This document shows positions 1 through 11,812 of a DNA stretch of 64,000 bases, piece by piece. Source of the stretch: Gammaproteobacteria bacterium (GTDB lineage Bacteria; Pseudomonadota; Gammaproteobacteria; Eutrophobiales; Eutrophobiaceae); the NCBI GenBank assembly GCA_965243205.1, contig CBDEUK010000002.1:544001-608000 (forward strand). The letters run 5' to 3'. The translations under genes and the position numbers were made by a program. The first letter of the stretch is position 1; every line of letters begins with the position of its first letter. The notes below the pieces were generated by a model that ran no database searches, was not told the DNA's origin, and saw nothing but the letters and a program-made list of their open reading frames with translations.

Positions 1-608
1 TTACTATCTTTACAAGATTCAGGTTGTTTTGCTAACAACGCCAATGCAGCGCCTAAAACAACTTCTTTCTCTTTATCAAAGTCGTTTGATAACGTTGTTG
101 CTTCTGGGTTAATTTGTGTATCTTTTTCATCCGTTGTAAACGATGTAGTCTTGATGCTACTAATAACAAATTCCATTAAACCTATCATCTGTTCTGGCAA
201 TTCAATTCTACTTACCGCTGCCCACCGATAAAATTCAGATGGAATCACTTCCCAATCATTTATATTTTGATCTGTATCACGAACACTTAACGATAAATTA
301 TGCTCTATACAATGTATAGCATGTTCAAACACCTCATTGATACGAACTATAATATCTTCATTGCCTTTCCAATCATTAATTTCAGGATCTAACCCTAAGC
401 TCAAAGGTATGGCTTGTCCTTTTAAATTCCAATATTCTTTTACACACCAGGATTCATACATTTGTTGAGCTGCTAAATTATCTTCTCCATGAAATGATTT
501 AAGTTTTTCATGGAGAACTGACGATTCTGTTTCTTGATATTTGGGAACAGTATGATTATCGATTGTTTTTTTTATAAAAATAGATTTAATTTTATCAACA
601 ACACTCAT
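1..608 (-). CDS. Hypothetical protein, 3'-truncated by the window edge (MSVVDKIKSIF...)
   Basis: Not in the ORF track; read by hand. ATG at 608 overlaps the TGA of the upstream gene (ATGA) and the frame stays open to position 1 (~202 codons). Confidence 0.75.
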   Translation of the reverse strand, partial: MSVVDKIKSIFIKKTIDNHTVPKYQETESSVLHEKLKSFHGEDNLAAQQMYESWCVKEYWNLKGQAIPLSLGLDPEINDWKGNEDIIVRINEVFEHAIHCIEHNLSLSVRDTDQNINDWEVIPSEFYRWAAVSRIELPEQMIGLMEFVISSIKTTSFTTDEKDTQINPEATTLSNDFDKEKEVVLGAALALLAKQPESCKDS

Positions 609-1435
609 AGTACTTTATTTGTTTTATTATTTGGATTGAATTGATTATTACCAAGCCAATCAATTTCAGCTTGAGTAAATCCTGCTTGTGTTCTAGCTTT
701 TAGATTAAACGGCCCTCTTAAACCTTCTGAGAAATAATCATTTAACAAAGATTTAAACGTTTCATAAGAATTCAGTTGCCTTTTTTCACAGAGGTAATGA
801 AACCAATAAGAACCTGTCTCAACATGACCTATTTCTTCTTGATAAATAACTTTTAAAATTTCAGCTGCTTCATTTTCATTGGCAGATTCGAAACGTTTAA
901 TCATATCAGGCGTTACATCTAAGCCACGTGCTTCTAACACTCTAGGCACTAAAGCCATCCTAATTAGAACATCATCCGCTGTTCTTTCAGCCATTTGCCA
1001 TAAACCATCATGCGCTGAAAAATCACCATAATCATATGTTCGAGATTGTAAATGATTACGCAACAACAAAAAATGTTGTGTTTCTTCATAAGCAATTTTG
1101 GCCCAATCGCTGTAATATTCGATGGGCATTTTTGAAAACCTAAATACTGCATCCCATGCAAGATTAATTGCATTAAACTCTATATGGGCGATTGCATGTA
1201 ATAATGCAGATTTGCCTTCTTTACTTCCAAAACCTCTTCTTGGAACAGATTCTGGAGAAACTAATTCTGGCTTTTCAGGTCTGCCAGGAACAATATCAGT
1301 GTCATATTCGTTTAAAGTATCAACAAATAAATCTCCAGAAATTAAACGTTTATAACAATCTAGTGACAAATCAATCTTGCGATCGATGTCTTTCTCAATA
1401 ATACATTCTTTAGCTAATAATCTTAGAGAATTCAT
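605..1435 (-). CDS. Ferritin-like DUF455 family protein
   Basis: HAIAHIEFNAINLAWD, EETQHF, LEARGLD and EEIGHV di-iron-type motifs. Confidence 0.85.
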   Translation of the reverse strand: MNSLRLLAKECIIEKDIDRKIDLSLDCYKRLISGDLFVDTLNEYDTDIVPGRPEKPELVSPESVPRRGFGSKEGKSALLHAIAHIEFNAINLAWDAVFRFSKMPIEYYSDWAKIAYEETQHFLLLRNHLQSRTYDYGDFSAHDGLWQMAERTADDVLIRMALVPRVLEARGLDVTPDMIKRFESANENEAAEILKVIYQEEIGHVETGSYWFHYLCEKRQLNSYETFKSLLNDYFSEGLRGPFNLKARTQAGFTQAEIDWLGNNQFNPNNKTNKVL

Positions 1436-1439
1436 TTTC

Positions 1440-2783
1440 TTAAGCAGTTAATCTTAATTGACTATCCCAGGAGATATCCCAACCTTTTTCTTCAGGCAAA
1501 CATGCATATTCATTTGAAACCCAAAAACCAGAAACCAGCACAAGCTCATTATTAATATAGATCAACGGAATCTTATCTCGAACCCAAGGTAATACTTCTG
1601 CTTCTTGTAATAATTTCTTAAGCTCATGTTTATTATTTCGTTTAAACGGGCGTATTGTTTCCCCGCCTTTTCGAAATTTAATTTGAACATTATTATTATT
1701 TATTAATTGCGTTTTAATACCTTTGCCAATTTCTAATGATGCAGTAAGAGAACCATAATCTAATTCAATAGAATTCATTATATTCCAATCTGTTTCAAAA
1801 TTATTAATCTCTCCTAATGATTCCATAATATAAAGTTTATTTTTATATCTTCTAACATCTACATTTTGCCAACGCACTAACGGCATTTTATCTTCCTCGC
1901 AATTTATAACATTTTTTAATATTTGTTCTAATATTGCTTCAGAAGGAAGAATATAATTATTATTATCAATCCAAGTACGAATTAAATGCTTTTGTTCAGA
2001 ATAAGAAAACTTTTTTAGCCCATCAATATTTATGACATCGCAATCACTGCTGATAATAGAATTTAAATCTATTTGAGTTTTTTGATTTAATTGATCAACT
2101 AGCTCGCCTATATGTACAGATGAACGGTTTAGTGTTTTTACAGCTGCTGGCCAACGTTTTTTAATCGATGGAAAAATAGAGTTTCTTAAATAATTTCTAT
2201 CAAAACGAGTATCTACATTAGAAGTATCATTTACCCATTGAATGTTATTATTTTTTGCGTAAGCTTCTAATTCATATTTTTCAAAAGCTAAAAAAGGTCG
2301 CCCCAAATAATAATTATGTTTATGCATTAATTTGGGCATTGCCGATAGGCCTTTAGGCCCAGCACCTCTTAAGAGTTGTAAAAGTATAGTTTCTGCTTGA
2401 TCATCTTGATGTTGTGCAGTTAAGACTAAATCGTCATCGCAACAAACTTCAGAAAAAGCTTGATATCGTATTGATCTTGCCCATGCTTCAATACTTTCAT
2501 TTTTTTCAGGTTTCTCTGCTACCTCATAAGCTTTAAATTCAATATCATTATCTCTGCAGATATTTTTACAGTGAGTCTGCCACTCATCAGAATCTTTGTT
2601 TAGTTTATGATTAACATGAATCGCACCAATTCTATTAGTTAATCTGGATTTAATTTTAATGAGTGCATGCAATAAAACTGATGAATCGATACCGCCACTG
2701 AATGCTACCCAAACAGTATTCGTAATTGAATATGATTGAATGGCATTAAATAATACGTCTTCTAAAGAATCTTTATTATTCAA
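1440..2783 (-). CDS. tilS: tRNA(Ile)-lysidine synthetase
   Basis: SGGIDS PP-loop, HQDDQAET, RNYLR; position after accA. Confidence 0.96.
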   Translation of the reverse strand: MNNKDSLEDVLFNAIQSYSITNTVWVAFSGGIDSSVLLHALIKIKSRLTNRIGAIHVNHKLNKDSDEWQTHCKNICRDNDIEFKAYEVAEKPEKNESIEAWARSIRYQAFSEVCCDDDLVLTAQHQDDQAETILLQLLRGAGPKGLSAMPKLMHKHNYYLGRPFLAFEKYELEAYAKNNNIQWVNDTSNVDTRFDRNYLRNSIFPSIKKRWPAAVKTLNRSSVHIGELVDQLNQKTQIDLNSIISSDCDVINIDGLKKFSYSEQKHLIRTWIDNNNYILPSEAILEQILKNVINCEEDKMPLVRWQNVDVRRYKNKLYIMESLGEINNFETDWNIMNSIELDYGSLTASLEIGKGIKTQLINNNNVQIKFRKGGETIRPFKRNNKHELKKLLQEAEVLPWVRDKIPLIYINNELVLVSGFWVSNEYACLPEEKGWDISWDSQLRLTA

Positions 2784-2812
2784 TTACGTTATAGCAAGAA
2801 TAGATAATGGAA

Positions 2813-3760
2813 TTAATCGAAAAAGCCGTATTGTCGAATACGCTGATGTCGGTCTAATAATAATTCATCGACAGACTTTGATTTTAATTCTTCAAGAGTG
2901 GTTGATAGAGTCTCTTTGAGTGAATTTGAAATTTCATCGTAATTACGATGCGCACCACCAAGTGGCTCTTGAATAATTTCATCAATCAAACCTAGTTCTT
3001 GTAAACGATCGGCAGTAATACCCATCGCTTGAGCTGCTTCAGAGGCTTTATCTGCGCTCTTCCATAAAATAGAAGCACAACCTTCTGGTGAAATCACAGA
3101 ATAAGTACTGTACTGAAGCATAAGTAATTTATCGGCAACACCGATCGCCAATGCGCCACCAGAACCGCCTTCACCTATCACTGTCGAAATAACCGGAACC
3201 GACAGTTTGGACATTTCAAATAAATTACGTGCAATAGCCTCACTTTGACCACGCTCTTCTGCACCAATACCAGGATAAGCTCCCGGTGTATCAATAAATG
3301 TTAATATAGGAATATTGAAACGTTCAGCAAGCTTCATAATTCTAAGCGCTTTACGATATCCTTCAGGCCTTGGCATACCATAATTGCGATAAATACGATC
3401 ATTAGTATCACGACCTTTTTGTTGTCCAATTACGGCAACTGGCTGACCATCTAAACGAGCCAGACCACACATGATGGCAGGATCATCAGCAAAACTTCGA
3501 TCGCCATGCAATTCATCAAAATCCGTAAATAATCTTTCGAAATAATCTTTGGTATAAGGACGTTGAGGATGCCTAGCTACTTGTGAAATTTGCCAAGGCG
3601 ATAAAGAAGAAAAGATCGATTTAATGAGTTCTTCACTCCGATCTTGTAATCGAGAAACTTCTTCATTGATATCAATATCGGAATCATTTCCAACATAACG
3701 TAATTCTTCAATTTTTGCGTCTAATTCAGCAATCGGTTGTTCAAAATCAAGAAAATTCAT
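2813..3760 (-). CDS. accA: Acetyl-CoA carboxylase carboxyltransferase alpha subunit
   Basis: [10 protein letters not shown] start (ATG 3760), [25 protein letters not shown]. Confidence 0.97.
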   Translation of the reverse strand: MNFLDFEQPIAELDAKIEELRYVGNDSDIDINEEVSRLQDRSEELIKSIFSSLSPWQISQVARHPQRPYTKDYFERLFTDFDELHGDRSFADDPAIMCGLARLDGQPVAVIGQQKGRDTNDRIYRNYGMPRPEGYRKALRIMKLAERFNIPILTFIDTPGAYPGIGAEERGQSEAIARNLFEMSKLSVPVISTVIGEGGSGGALAIGVADKLLMLQYSTYSVISPEGCASILWKSADKASEAAQAMGITADRLQELGLIDEIIQEPLGGAHRNYDEISNSLKETLSTTLEELKSKSVDELLLDRHQRIRQYGFFD

Positions 3761-3798
3761 AACAGTACTATCTATTATCCCCAAAGTTTAATTCAGTA

Positions 3799-6700
3799 TT
3801 ACTGGTAGCTCACGGCTATATTGTCCTCGCCAAAATCGGTCTTTAGTTTTTCCAATAAGTCGTTACTTAATGAGACTTTCCAGTCTTGGCCTAAAGGTAA
3901 TAAACAGCGAGCTTGGCCATTATTATATGCGATAAATACAGGCGTTTGTCCCTGATTATACTTAAATAAAGTCGATTTGAGTTGTTTTATCTCATTATCC
4001 ATCGATTGGCTAGTTTTCAATGTTAATAATAATTTAGCATGCCTTGAACGGTATTCTTCTAAACTCAGTATTTCTTTCGCTTCAATTGAACGGCCTGAAC
4101 TCGCATATTCATCTTCTTTTACCTCTCCTAACACGATAATGAGCTGATCTTTTAGTAATAGATGCTGATATTTCTGATAAGGTTCTGAATAAACCGTTGC
4201 TACTTGTAAAGCAGTATTATCATCTAACCTTACTTCCGCCATTTTTCCACGACTGGTATTTCTAACTCGAATACTATGTACATAGGCCGCAACGGTTATT
4301 CCACCCAAGCCCATTGTTCTCAATTTCTGTCTGGTAAATTGCTCGATTTCTGTTCGAAATTGTTCGATTGGATGACCATAGAGATAAAATCCCAGCGATT
4401 CTTTTTCACGTTTTAAACGTTCATCATCAGACCATTCGGCAACATTGATAAAATCGCCCGATGCATCTGTATCCGTATCCACTTGTTCAAAACCGAATAC
4501 ATCAATCTGTCCTGTATTCTTATTTTGATTGTATTGCTCAGCCATTGATATAGCTTTATCCAAACTCGCCATCAAAATACTACGACTGGGACCTAATTTA
4601 TCCATTGCACCACAGTTAATCGCCGCTTCAATCACGCGTCTATTTACTTTTTGCAGATTGACCCTTTTACAAAAATCAAACAAATCTTTATATGCGCCAT
4701 GATCTTGAATATCTTCCAAGATGGTTTCAATCGCTGCTTTACCTACGCCTTTGACTGCACCTAATCCATAAAGGATCGTTTTATCATCGACGACACTAAA
4801 AACATGTTGGCTGGTATTGATATCGGGTGGTAATAACTCAATCCCCATATCTTGGATTTCAGAGCGTAACATCACAACTTTTTCAGTGTTATCCATATCT
4901 GAAGATAATACTGCTGACATAAATGCCGCCGAGTAATGTGTTTTTAACCAAGCAGTTTGATAGGCAACTAATGCATAAGCTGCTGAGTGGGATTTATTGA
5001 AACCGTAACCAGCAAACTTTTCCATTAAATCAAAAATAAAAGTAGCTTGTTTCTCATCGACACCGCGATCAACGCTACCTTTAGTAAAAATCTCTCGCTG
5101 CTTATTCATCTCTTCGGGTTTTTTCTTACCCATCGCACGACGTAATAAATCCGCACCGCCTAATGTATAACCTGCTAAGACTTGCGCAATCTGCATTACC
5201 TGTTCTTGATATAAGATCACACCATGAGTCGGTCTTAAAATATCATCCAAACTAGGATGTAATGATTCAACTCTAGCTCGACCATGTTTACGTTCTACAT
5301 AATCATCCACCATACCCGACTGCAACGGGCCAGGACGAAATAAGGCAACCAACGCTATTAAGTCATCAAATTTATCAGGCTTTAATCGCCCAATGAGTTT
5401 TTTCATGCCATCCGATTCTAATTGGAATATCGCAGTGGTATCCGTTTTTTGAATCAATCGATACGTTGTTTCATCATCCAAAGGTATATCATTTATATTG
5501 AGTAAATCTTGTTTTTGTTTATTCCTTTGTTTGTTAACCTCGATTACAGTCCAGTCAATAATGGTTAATGTTCTTAAGCCCAAAAAATCAAACTTAACTA
5601 AACCAATCGACTCAACATCATTCATATCGAACTGACTAACTTTTGCAGTAGAACCTTGTTCACAATATAAAGGCATGTATTCAATCAATGGTTTCGGTGC
5701 GATCAAGATACCACCTGCATGCTTGCCCGCATTACGACTCAAACCTTCTAGTTTTAGTGCTAAATCAAATAAGGTTTTTACTTCATCTTCAGAGTTATAC
5801 CGTTGACGCAAAGCTTCTTCAGCAGCTAAAGCTTTATCTAACGTCATACCTATTTCAAATGGAATTAATTTAGCAAGTTGATCGACGAAGCCGTAAGGGA
5901 AACCCAATACACGTCCAACATCTCGCACCACAGCTTTCGCTGCCATACTACCGTAGGTAATAATTTGAGAAACATGCCCTCTTCCATATTTTTCTGCAAC
6001 ATAGTCAATCACCTCATCACGACGTTCCATACAAAAGTCGACATCAAAATCAGGTAATGAAACTCGCTCTGGATTTAAAAAACGTTCAAACAGCAGTTCA
6101 TACTTTAAAGGATCAAGATCAGTAATACCTAAAGCATACGCGACTAAAGAACCAGCGCCCGAGCCACGTCCTGGTCCTACTGGAATTGCATTTTCTTTTG
6201 CCCATTGAATAAAATCAGCAACAATTAAAAAGTAGCCCGGGAAACCCATTTGAATAATGACATCAAGCTCGATATCGAGTCGTTTAATATATTCTTCTTT
6301 ATTAAGTGATTGGTTCGAACGTTCTAATATTGTTTTCAGACCTGAATGTGATTGTTCTCTTAACCATCCACTTTGATCATAGTTTTTAGGCACTGGAAAT
6401 TCAGGTAAATAATGTTCTCCCAGTGTTAACTCTAAATTACAACGCTTTGCTATCTCAACAGTATTCTCAATTGCCTCAGGTATATCTTTAAATAGTTCTA
6501 TCATTTCTTCAGAACTTTTTAAATATTGTTGTTGACTATAATTTTTAGGGCGCCGTTGATCGTTTAGTGTATAACCGGTTTGAATACATACTCTTGCTTC
6601 ATGCGCTTCGAAATCTTCTTGTTCTAAAAAACATACATCATTAGTAGCGACTACAGGTAATTCGTAATCAACTGCGATTTGAATAGAATGCGCAATAATT

Positions 6701-7233
6701 AATTCATCATATTCACGATCGGTTCTTTGTAATTCTAAATAGAAACGATTAGGAAAATGCTGAGTATAAAATTCTATTGATTGTTTTATATCATCTGTTT
6801 TATTAGCAATGATAGATTGAGCGATATCGCCTTTCTTTCCTCCTGAAAGACAAATCAGCCCTTCTGTTTTATTCTCTAACCATGACTTATGAACAAATGG
6901 AACGCCTTGAATTTGACCTTGGATATAGGCCTGGGAAATTAAGTAACTTAGATTTTGATAACCAATACGATTTTGGCATAACAACACAATGCTATATTGC
7001 ATGTTTGTTTTCTCATCAACAATTCTAAGATCTGAACCAATAATTGGTTTTAAGCCTTGATTATGAGATGCCCGATAAAATTTAACTGTAGAAAAAAGGT
7101 TAGAGACTTCTGTCAATGCCACTGCAGGCATATCGTGACTTGCCACAGTATTCGTTATTTCATTTACACGTAAGATGCTATCTTCTAAAGAATATTCTGA
7201 ATGGATATGTAAATGTACAAATTGATTTAGCAC
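3799..7233 (-). CDS. dnaE: DNA polymerase III alpha subunit
   Basis: PHP HLHIHSEYS, GPGRGSGAGS, PDFDVDF, FNKSH; no intein visible. Confidence 0.98.
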   Translation of the reverse strand: MLNQFVHLHIHSEYSLEDSILRVNEITNTVASHDMPAVALTEVSNLFSTVKFYRASHNQGLKPIIGSDLRIVDEKTNMQYSIVLLCQNRIGYQNLSYLISQAYIQGQIQGVPFVHKSWLENKTEGLICLSGGKKGDIAQSIIANKTDDIKQSIEFYTQHFPNRFYLELQRTDREYDELIIAHSIQIAVDYELPVVATNDVCFLEQEDFEAHEARVCIQTGYTLNDQRRPKNYSQQQYLKSSEEMIELFKDIPEAIENTVEIAKRCNLELTLGEHYLPEFPVPKNYDQSGWLREQSHSGLKTILERSNQSLNKEEYIKRLDIELDVIIQMGFPGYFLIVADFIQWAKENAIPVGPGRGSGAGSLVAYALGITDLDPLKYELLFERFLNPERVSLPDFDVDFCMERRDEVIDYVAEKYGRGHVSQIITYGSMAAKAVVRDVGRVLGFPYGFVDQLAKLIPFEIGMTLDKALAAEEALRQRYNSEDEVKTLFDLALKLEGLSRNAGKHAGGILIAPKPLIEYMPLYCEQGSTAKVSQFDMNDVESIGLVKFDFLGLRTLTIIDWTVIEVNKQRNKQKQDLLNINDIPLDDETTYRLIQKTDTTAIFQLESDGMKKLIGRLKPDKFDDLIALVALFRPGPLQSGMVDDYVERKHGRARVESLHPSLDDILRPTHGVILYQEQVMQIAQVLAGYTLGGADLLRRAMGKKKPEEMNKQREIFTKGSVDRGVDEKQATFIFDLMEKFAGYGFNKSHSAAYALVAYQTAWLKTHYSAAFMSAVLSSDMDNTEKVVMLRSEIQDMGIELLPPDINTSQHVFSVVDDKTILYGLGAVKGVGKAAIETILEDIQDHGAYKDLFDFCKRVNLQKVNRRVIEAAINCGAMDKLGPSRSILMASLDKAISMAEQYNQNKNTGQIDVFGFEQVDTDTDASGDFINVAEWSDDERLKREKESLGFYLYGHPIEQFRTEIEQFTRQKLRTMGLGGITVAAYVHSIRVRNTSRGKMAEVRLDDNTALQVATVYSEPYQKYQHLLLKDQLIIVLGEVKEDEYASSGRSIEAKEILSLEEYRSRHAKLLLTLKTSQSMDNEIKQLKSTLFKYNQGQTPVFIAYNNGQARCLLPLGQDWKVSLSNDLLEKLKTDFGEDNIAVSYQ

Positions 7234-7238
7234 AGAAA

Positions 7239-7832
7239 CTATCCTTCCATGATCGACCGTACTGGAGAGAAAGAACGTCTATGTATGTCGCATACTCCAT
7301 ACTCTTTTAAAGCTTCAATATGTTGCTTTGTTGGATAACCTTTATGTTTAGCAAAACCATATTCAGGATAGACTGAATCAAATTGACACATTTCATTGTC
7401 TCTAAAAACTTTTGCAATAATCGATGCTGCACTAATTTCAGGCTCGGTTAAATCGCCCTTGATAATTGTTTCAACTTTACAATTCACATTGGGCTTTTGG
7501 TTACCATCAACCTTCACCATGTTTGGTGTTATATCGAGTGATTCAACAGCTCTTTTCATTGCAATTAAACTAGCTTGAAGAATGTTGATTGAGTCAATTT
7601 CATCAACATCAGAAATAGCAATCGACCAGGCTATTGCTTGATTTTTGATTTTATCAGATAAAATTTCTCTACGTTTTTCAGATAACTTTTTTGAATCAGT
7701 TAACCCTTCTAATTCATAATTCAGCGGTAAGATAACTGCTGCGGCAACAACAGGGCCAGCTAAAGGACCTCGACCGACTTCATCGACACCAGCAATAAAA
7801 TAACCAGATTGTTCAGAGTTGGATTCAAGCAT
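7239..7832 (-). CDS. rnhB: Ribonuclease HII
   Basis: [30 protein letters not shown]. Confidence 0.97.
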   Translation of the reverse strand: MLESNSEQSGYFIAGVDEVGRGPLAGPVVAAAVILPLNYELEGLTDSKKLSEKRREILSDKIKNQAIAWSIAISDVDEIDSINILQASLIAMKRAVESLDITPNMVKVDGNQKPNVNCKVETIIKGDLTEPEISAASIIAKVFRDNEMCQFDSVYPEYGFAKHKGYPTKQHIEALKEYGVCDIHRRSFSPVRSIMEG

Positions 7833-8970
7833 TTTTTTGTTCTAATAATTTAATAATCGCGTTTTTTGCATCATCAGGATTGTTTAATATTAACGACTCA
7901 TGCAATTTAGTAAATTTAGACTTTAATAACTCGACTTCGTTAACATCGTTTAAATATCTCAATAAGGCTTGTGATAATTTTTCCGATGTACATTCAGCCT
8001 GTAAAAACTCTGGTATTAATTTTTCACCCGCCATCAAATTGGGTAAGGAAACATATGGAATTTTCAATAAAGGTTTAATCAACCAATATGTGAATGGATT
8101 GGCTTTATATGCTACGACCATCGGCCGTTTAATTAACATAGTTTCTAATGTTGCAGTACCAGAAGCCAACAAAACACAATCTGCAGCCTTCATAACCTCT
8201 TGGGTCTGTCCCGTAATCACCGTCAATCCTAAATCAGGCGCAACATCTTGACATAAAGATTCAAATAATTGCTTTGCTTGATTATCCCGTAAAGCCACTA
8301 AAAATTGCAGTTCTGGTTTCTGTTGCTTCAGTAACTTACATGTGTTTAAAAATGGTTCTGTCAATTTAGTAATTTCAGAACGTCGAGAACCAGGTAAAAT
8401 AGCAATCGTAGGAGATGATTTTTCTACATTTAATATGTCACGAGCAGTAGTAGTATCATTGTGCATAGGAATTTGATGAGCTAATGGATGACCTACGAAT
8501 TTAACGGGTATATTGTGTTTTTGATAATAACTTTCTTCAAAGGGAAATAAAGTCAGCATCAAATCCACAGCTTTTTTAATTGTTTTTAAACGCCCTTCTC
8601 TCCATGCCCAAACCGAAGGACTCACGTAATGTACCGTTTTAATATTATGTTTCTTTAAATATTTTTCTATAGAAAGATTAAAGTCAGGTGCATCAACTCC
8701 AATGAAAACATCCGGTGGATTCTCAACAAAATATTGTTTAATTTTATTTTGAATACCTAAAAGCTCGAAATAACGACCCAGTATTTCAAATAAACCCATT
8801 ACAGAGAGTCGTTCCATATCAAATAAAGAACGGCAACCTTCAGCGATTAATTTTTCTCCACCTATTCCTTCAACGATAGCGTCAGGATGTTTTTTTTTTA
8901 TTGATGTAATTAAAGCGGCGCCGAGTTCATCTCCAGAAGGTTCTCCAGCGACAATGCCTATTCGCAACAT
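7825..8970 (-). CDS. lpxB: Lipid-A-disaccharide synthase
   Basis: [28 protein letters not shown]. Confidence 0.97.
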   Translation of the reverse strand: MLRIGIVAGEPSGDELGAALITSIKKKHPDAIVEGIGGEKLIAEGCRSLFDMERLSVMGLFEILGRYFELLGIQNKIKQYFVENPPDVFIGVDAPDFNLSIEKYLKKHNIKTVHYVSPSVWAWREGRLKTIKKAVDLMLTLFPFEESYYQKHNIPVKFVGHPLAHQIPMHNDTTTARDILNVEKSSPTIAILPGSRRSEITKLTEPFLNTCKLLKQQKPELQFLVALRDNQAKQLFESLCQDVAPDLGLTVITGQTQEVMKAADCVLLASGTATLETMLIKRPMVVAYKANPFTYWLIKPLLKIPYVSLPNLMAGEKLIPEFLQAECTSEKLSQALLRYLNDVNEVELLKSKFTKLHESLILNNPDDAKNAIIKLLEQKNA

Positions 8971-8988
8971 GATTAAATAAAAAAACGC

Positions 8989-9762
8989 TTAGCGAGCAAG
9001 TCCTCGCGTTGAGCCTTTAACAAATTCAAGCAGCAACGCAATAGACTCTGAATTAGTTGACATGGCTTGAAGCTTTTCAATCGCCTCAAGTAAAGTATTC
9101 CCTTCTCTATACAATACTTTATACGCACGTTTGAGATGATCTAATTGTTCACTAGAAAAACCATGACGTTTTAAACCTTCTCTATTTAAACCTGAAGGTT
9201 TAGCAGTGTTACCAGAAACCATTAGGAATGGAGGAATATCTTTGGTAACAACAGAAGAGATAGCAGCAAAACTATAAGCTCCTATATGACAGAATTGATG
9301 AACACCCGTAAAGCCACCTAAGATAACATAATCGTCAATTGTCACATGGCCCGCTAAGGTTGCGTTATTGGCAAAGGTGGTATTATTTCCAACGATACAA
9401 TCATGTGCTATGTGAACATATGCCATGATCCAATTATGATCACCAACAACTGTTTTACCACCACCATCACCAGTACCACGATTTATAGAGCAATATTCTC
9501 GAATGGTGTTGTTATCACCAATCATTAATATTGAATCATCTTCACCTTCAAATTTTTTATCCTGAGGATCATCTCCAATTGAACAAAATTGAAAAATCTT
9601 ATTGTTTTTACCGATTGAGGTAGGACCTGTAATAACCGTATGTGACCCAATAATACAACCTTCATCGATTTCAACATTCTCTTCTACAACAGCATAAGGA
9701 CCGATTGTAACACTAGATGCAATCTTAGATTTTTTGCTTACAACAGCAGTAGGATGTATCAA
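8989..9762 (-). CDS. lpxA: UDP-N-acetylglucosamine acyltransferase
   Basis: MIHPTAVV, hexapeptide repeats, PQDKKF, HIAHDC. Confidence 0.97.
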   Translation of the reverse strand: MIHPTAVVSKKSKIASSVTIGPYAVVEENVEIDEGCIIGSHTVITGPTSIGKNNKIFQFCSIGDDPQDKKFEGEDDSILMIGDNNTIREYCSINRGTGDGGGKTVVGDHNWIMAYVHIAHDCIVGNNTTFANNATLAGHVTIDDYVILGGFTGVHQFCHIGAYSFAAISSVVTKDIPPFLMVSGNTAKPSGLNREGLKRHGFSSEQLDHLKRAYKVLYREGNTLLEAIEKLQAMSTNSESIALLLEFVKGSTRGLAR

Positions 9763-10208
9763 TCTTTCTTTTCCGTAATAGTGGTTAGAAGTTCACCTGA
9801 AGCGACTTCTTTGTCATCAACAATTGCAGTAGTAGCAAAACGCCAAATATCTCTTCTTAATTTAATAAACTCGACTTTAACAATTAATTGATCACCCGGA
9901 ACCACTGGTTTTTTAAAACGAACTTTATCTACACCCACTAAATAATATAAAGAGTTTTCTCTTGTCTCTTCGCCCATGGATAAAGCACCTAATAACGCAG
10001 CAGCTTGCGCCATAGTCTCAGTAATTAAGACTCCTGGGTAAATTGCTTGCTCAGGGAAATGACCTTGGAAACAAGGTTCATTAACAGATACATTTTTTAT
10101 TGCTGTTAAGCTTTCATAATCAACATAATCAACGACTTTATCTACTAATAAAAAAGGATAACGGTGTGGAAGGTATAACTTTATTTGCTCGCTAGATAGT
10201 GAAGGCAT
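9759..10208 (-). CDS. fabZ: 3-hydroxyacyl-ACP dehydratase
   Basis: LPHRYPFLLVD, GHFP, PGVL, FKKPVVPGD. Confidence 0.97.
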   Translation of the reverse strand: MPSLSSEQIKLYLPHRYPFLLVDKVVDYVDYESLTAIKNVSVNEPCFQGHFPEQAIYPGVLITETMAQAAALLGALSMGEETRENSLYYLVGVDKVRFKKPVVPGDQLIVKVEFIKLRRDIWRFATTAIVDDKEVASGELLTTITEKKD

Positions 10209-10225
10209 AGTTTTTCTCTAGAATT

Positions 10226-11245
10226 TTAATCTTTTAATTGTTTTTCTATTGAACTGATTCTTTCTACTATATTGCCTAGTTGATTAAATCTTGCAATATT
10301 TTTTCTCCAGCTCAAATTATCTTTTAAAGGCAATCCTGATGAATACACACCTGGTTCACTAATAGATTTAGTCACCATAGAAAAACCAGTAAACATAACA
10401 TCATCACATATAGTTAAGTGTCCATTAAAACCAGAGCCACCTCCTATTTTGCAACGCTTACCAATTTTAGTGCTACCAGAGATACCCGTACAAGCAGCAA
10501 TTGCCGTATCTTCATCAATATAACAGTTATGACCTATCTGGATCTGATTATCAATTTTGACACCACGTTTGATAATAGTGTCATCCATAGCACCTCGATC
10601 AATCGTCGTATTCGCTCCAATTTCAACATCATCTTCTATGATAACAGAACCAACTTGAGGAATTTTTTTCCAGACATGCTCAACTTCTACTAACCCAAAA
10701 CCATCCGCCCCTATGACAGCTCCAGGGTGAATGATCACACCTTTACCGACTTTAACACCGTCACAGATAGTAACATTCGCATGAATAAAACTATTTTCGC
10801 CAATAGTTACATCATCTCCAATACAAACATTACTTTGTATAACGACATTAGCATGCAAAGTCGAGTTAGAGCCGATAACTGAATTTGCTCCTACATGAAC
10901 ACTATTTGAAATATTAGAGGATCCTGAGCTTACAACAGATTTGTCAATACCACTTTGATATGACTTAGCAGGATGAAATAACTCTATGATCTGACAAAAT
11001 ACTAATTGAGGGTTATTTGAAACTATAACATTATCAATTATACATTCATCTTTATCTTTATCAGATAAAACAACTGCAGAAGCTTGAGTATTTGCTAAAT
11101 TCTTTTTGTAAAGGCTGTTTGCCAAAAAGCTAATATGACCTTTTTGAGCAGAGGCTAGAGTAGCAACACCATCTATTACTAAGTTGGCATCACCATGAAG
11201 TTTTGCATTACATTTTTCTGCAAGCTCACCCAAGGTGTATGACAT
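10226..11245 (-). CDS. lpxD: UDP-3-O-acylglucosamine N-acyltransferase
   Basis: Hexapeptide repeats, GADGFG, IDRGA, KIDNQIQIGHN. Confidence 0.96.
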   Translation of the reverse strand: MSYTLGELAEKCNAKLHGDANLVIDGVATLASAQKGHISFLANSLYKKNLANTQASAVVLSDKDKDECIIDNVIVSNNPQLVFCQIIELFHPAKSYQSGIDKSVVSSGSSNISNSVHVGANSVIGSNSTLHANVVIQSNVCIGDDVTIGENSFIHANVTICDGVKVGKGVIIHPGAVIGADGFGLVEVEHVWKKIPQVGSVIIEDDVEIGANTTIDRGAMDDTIIKRGVKIDNQIQIGHNCYIDEDTAIAACTGISGSTKIGKRCKIGGGSGFNGHLTICDDVMFTGFSMVTKSISEPGVYSSGLPLKDNLSWRKNIARFNQLGNIVERISSIEKQLKD

Positions 11246-11276
11246 TTCATAATAACCCTAACAATAAAACTACAAA

Positions 11277-11789
11277 TTACTTTTTAAGTTTTTCAATCAC
11301 TTTATTACTTAGATCAACACGTGGACTCGCAAAGATCACACCTTCACCTAAAATAATATCGTATTTATTCTCTTTCGCGACTTCATTAATTGCTTGCACA
11401 ATGTCTTTTTGGATTTTGGCAAATTCTTCATTACGACGAAAATTTAGATCTTCACGAAATTCATCTTGCTCACGACGTAATTCACGCTTTTCAGCAACAA
11501 TATCTCGCTCTAATTTTTTTCGCTCCGCTTCACTCATAATTGCAGCATCTTTAGCGAGTTTATCTTCCAATTCTTTTACTTTTTTCTGTTTAGCAACTAA
11601 TTTACGATCACGCGGTGCAAATTCTTTCTCAATCATTTTTTTTGCTGCTTCAGCTTGAGGAGATTGTTCAAGAATACGTAAAGCATTCACAGCACCAATT
11701 TTTAATTCACCTTCTGCAAAAACAGAGAGAGGCAATAAAGCACTAATGGTTAATAAACCAACAGATAAAATAATTATAAATTTTTTCAA
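11277..11789 (-). CDS. skp: Periplasmic chaperone Skp/OmpH
   Basis: Signal peptide, coiled-coil body, position between bamA and lpxD. Confidence 0.92.
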   Translation of the reverse strand: MKKFIIILSVGLLTISALLPLSVFAEGELKIGAVNALRILEQSPQAEAAKKMIEKEFAPRDRKLVAKQKKVKELEDKLAKDAAIMSEAERKKLERDIVAEKRELRREQDEFREDLNFRRNEEFAKIQKDIVQAINEVAKENKYDIILGEGVIFASPRVDLSNKVIEKLKK

Positions 11790-11812
11790 AGTTCTAACTC
11801 CAACTAATGAAA

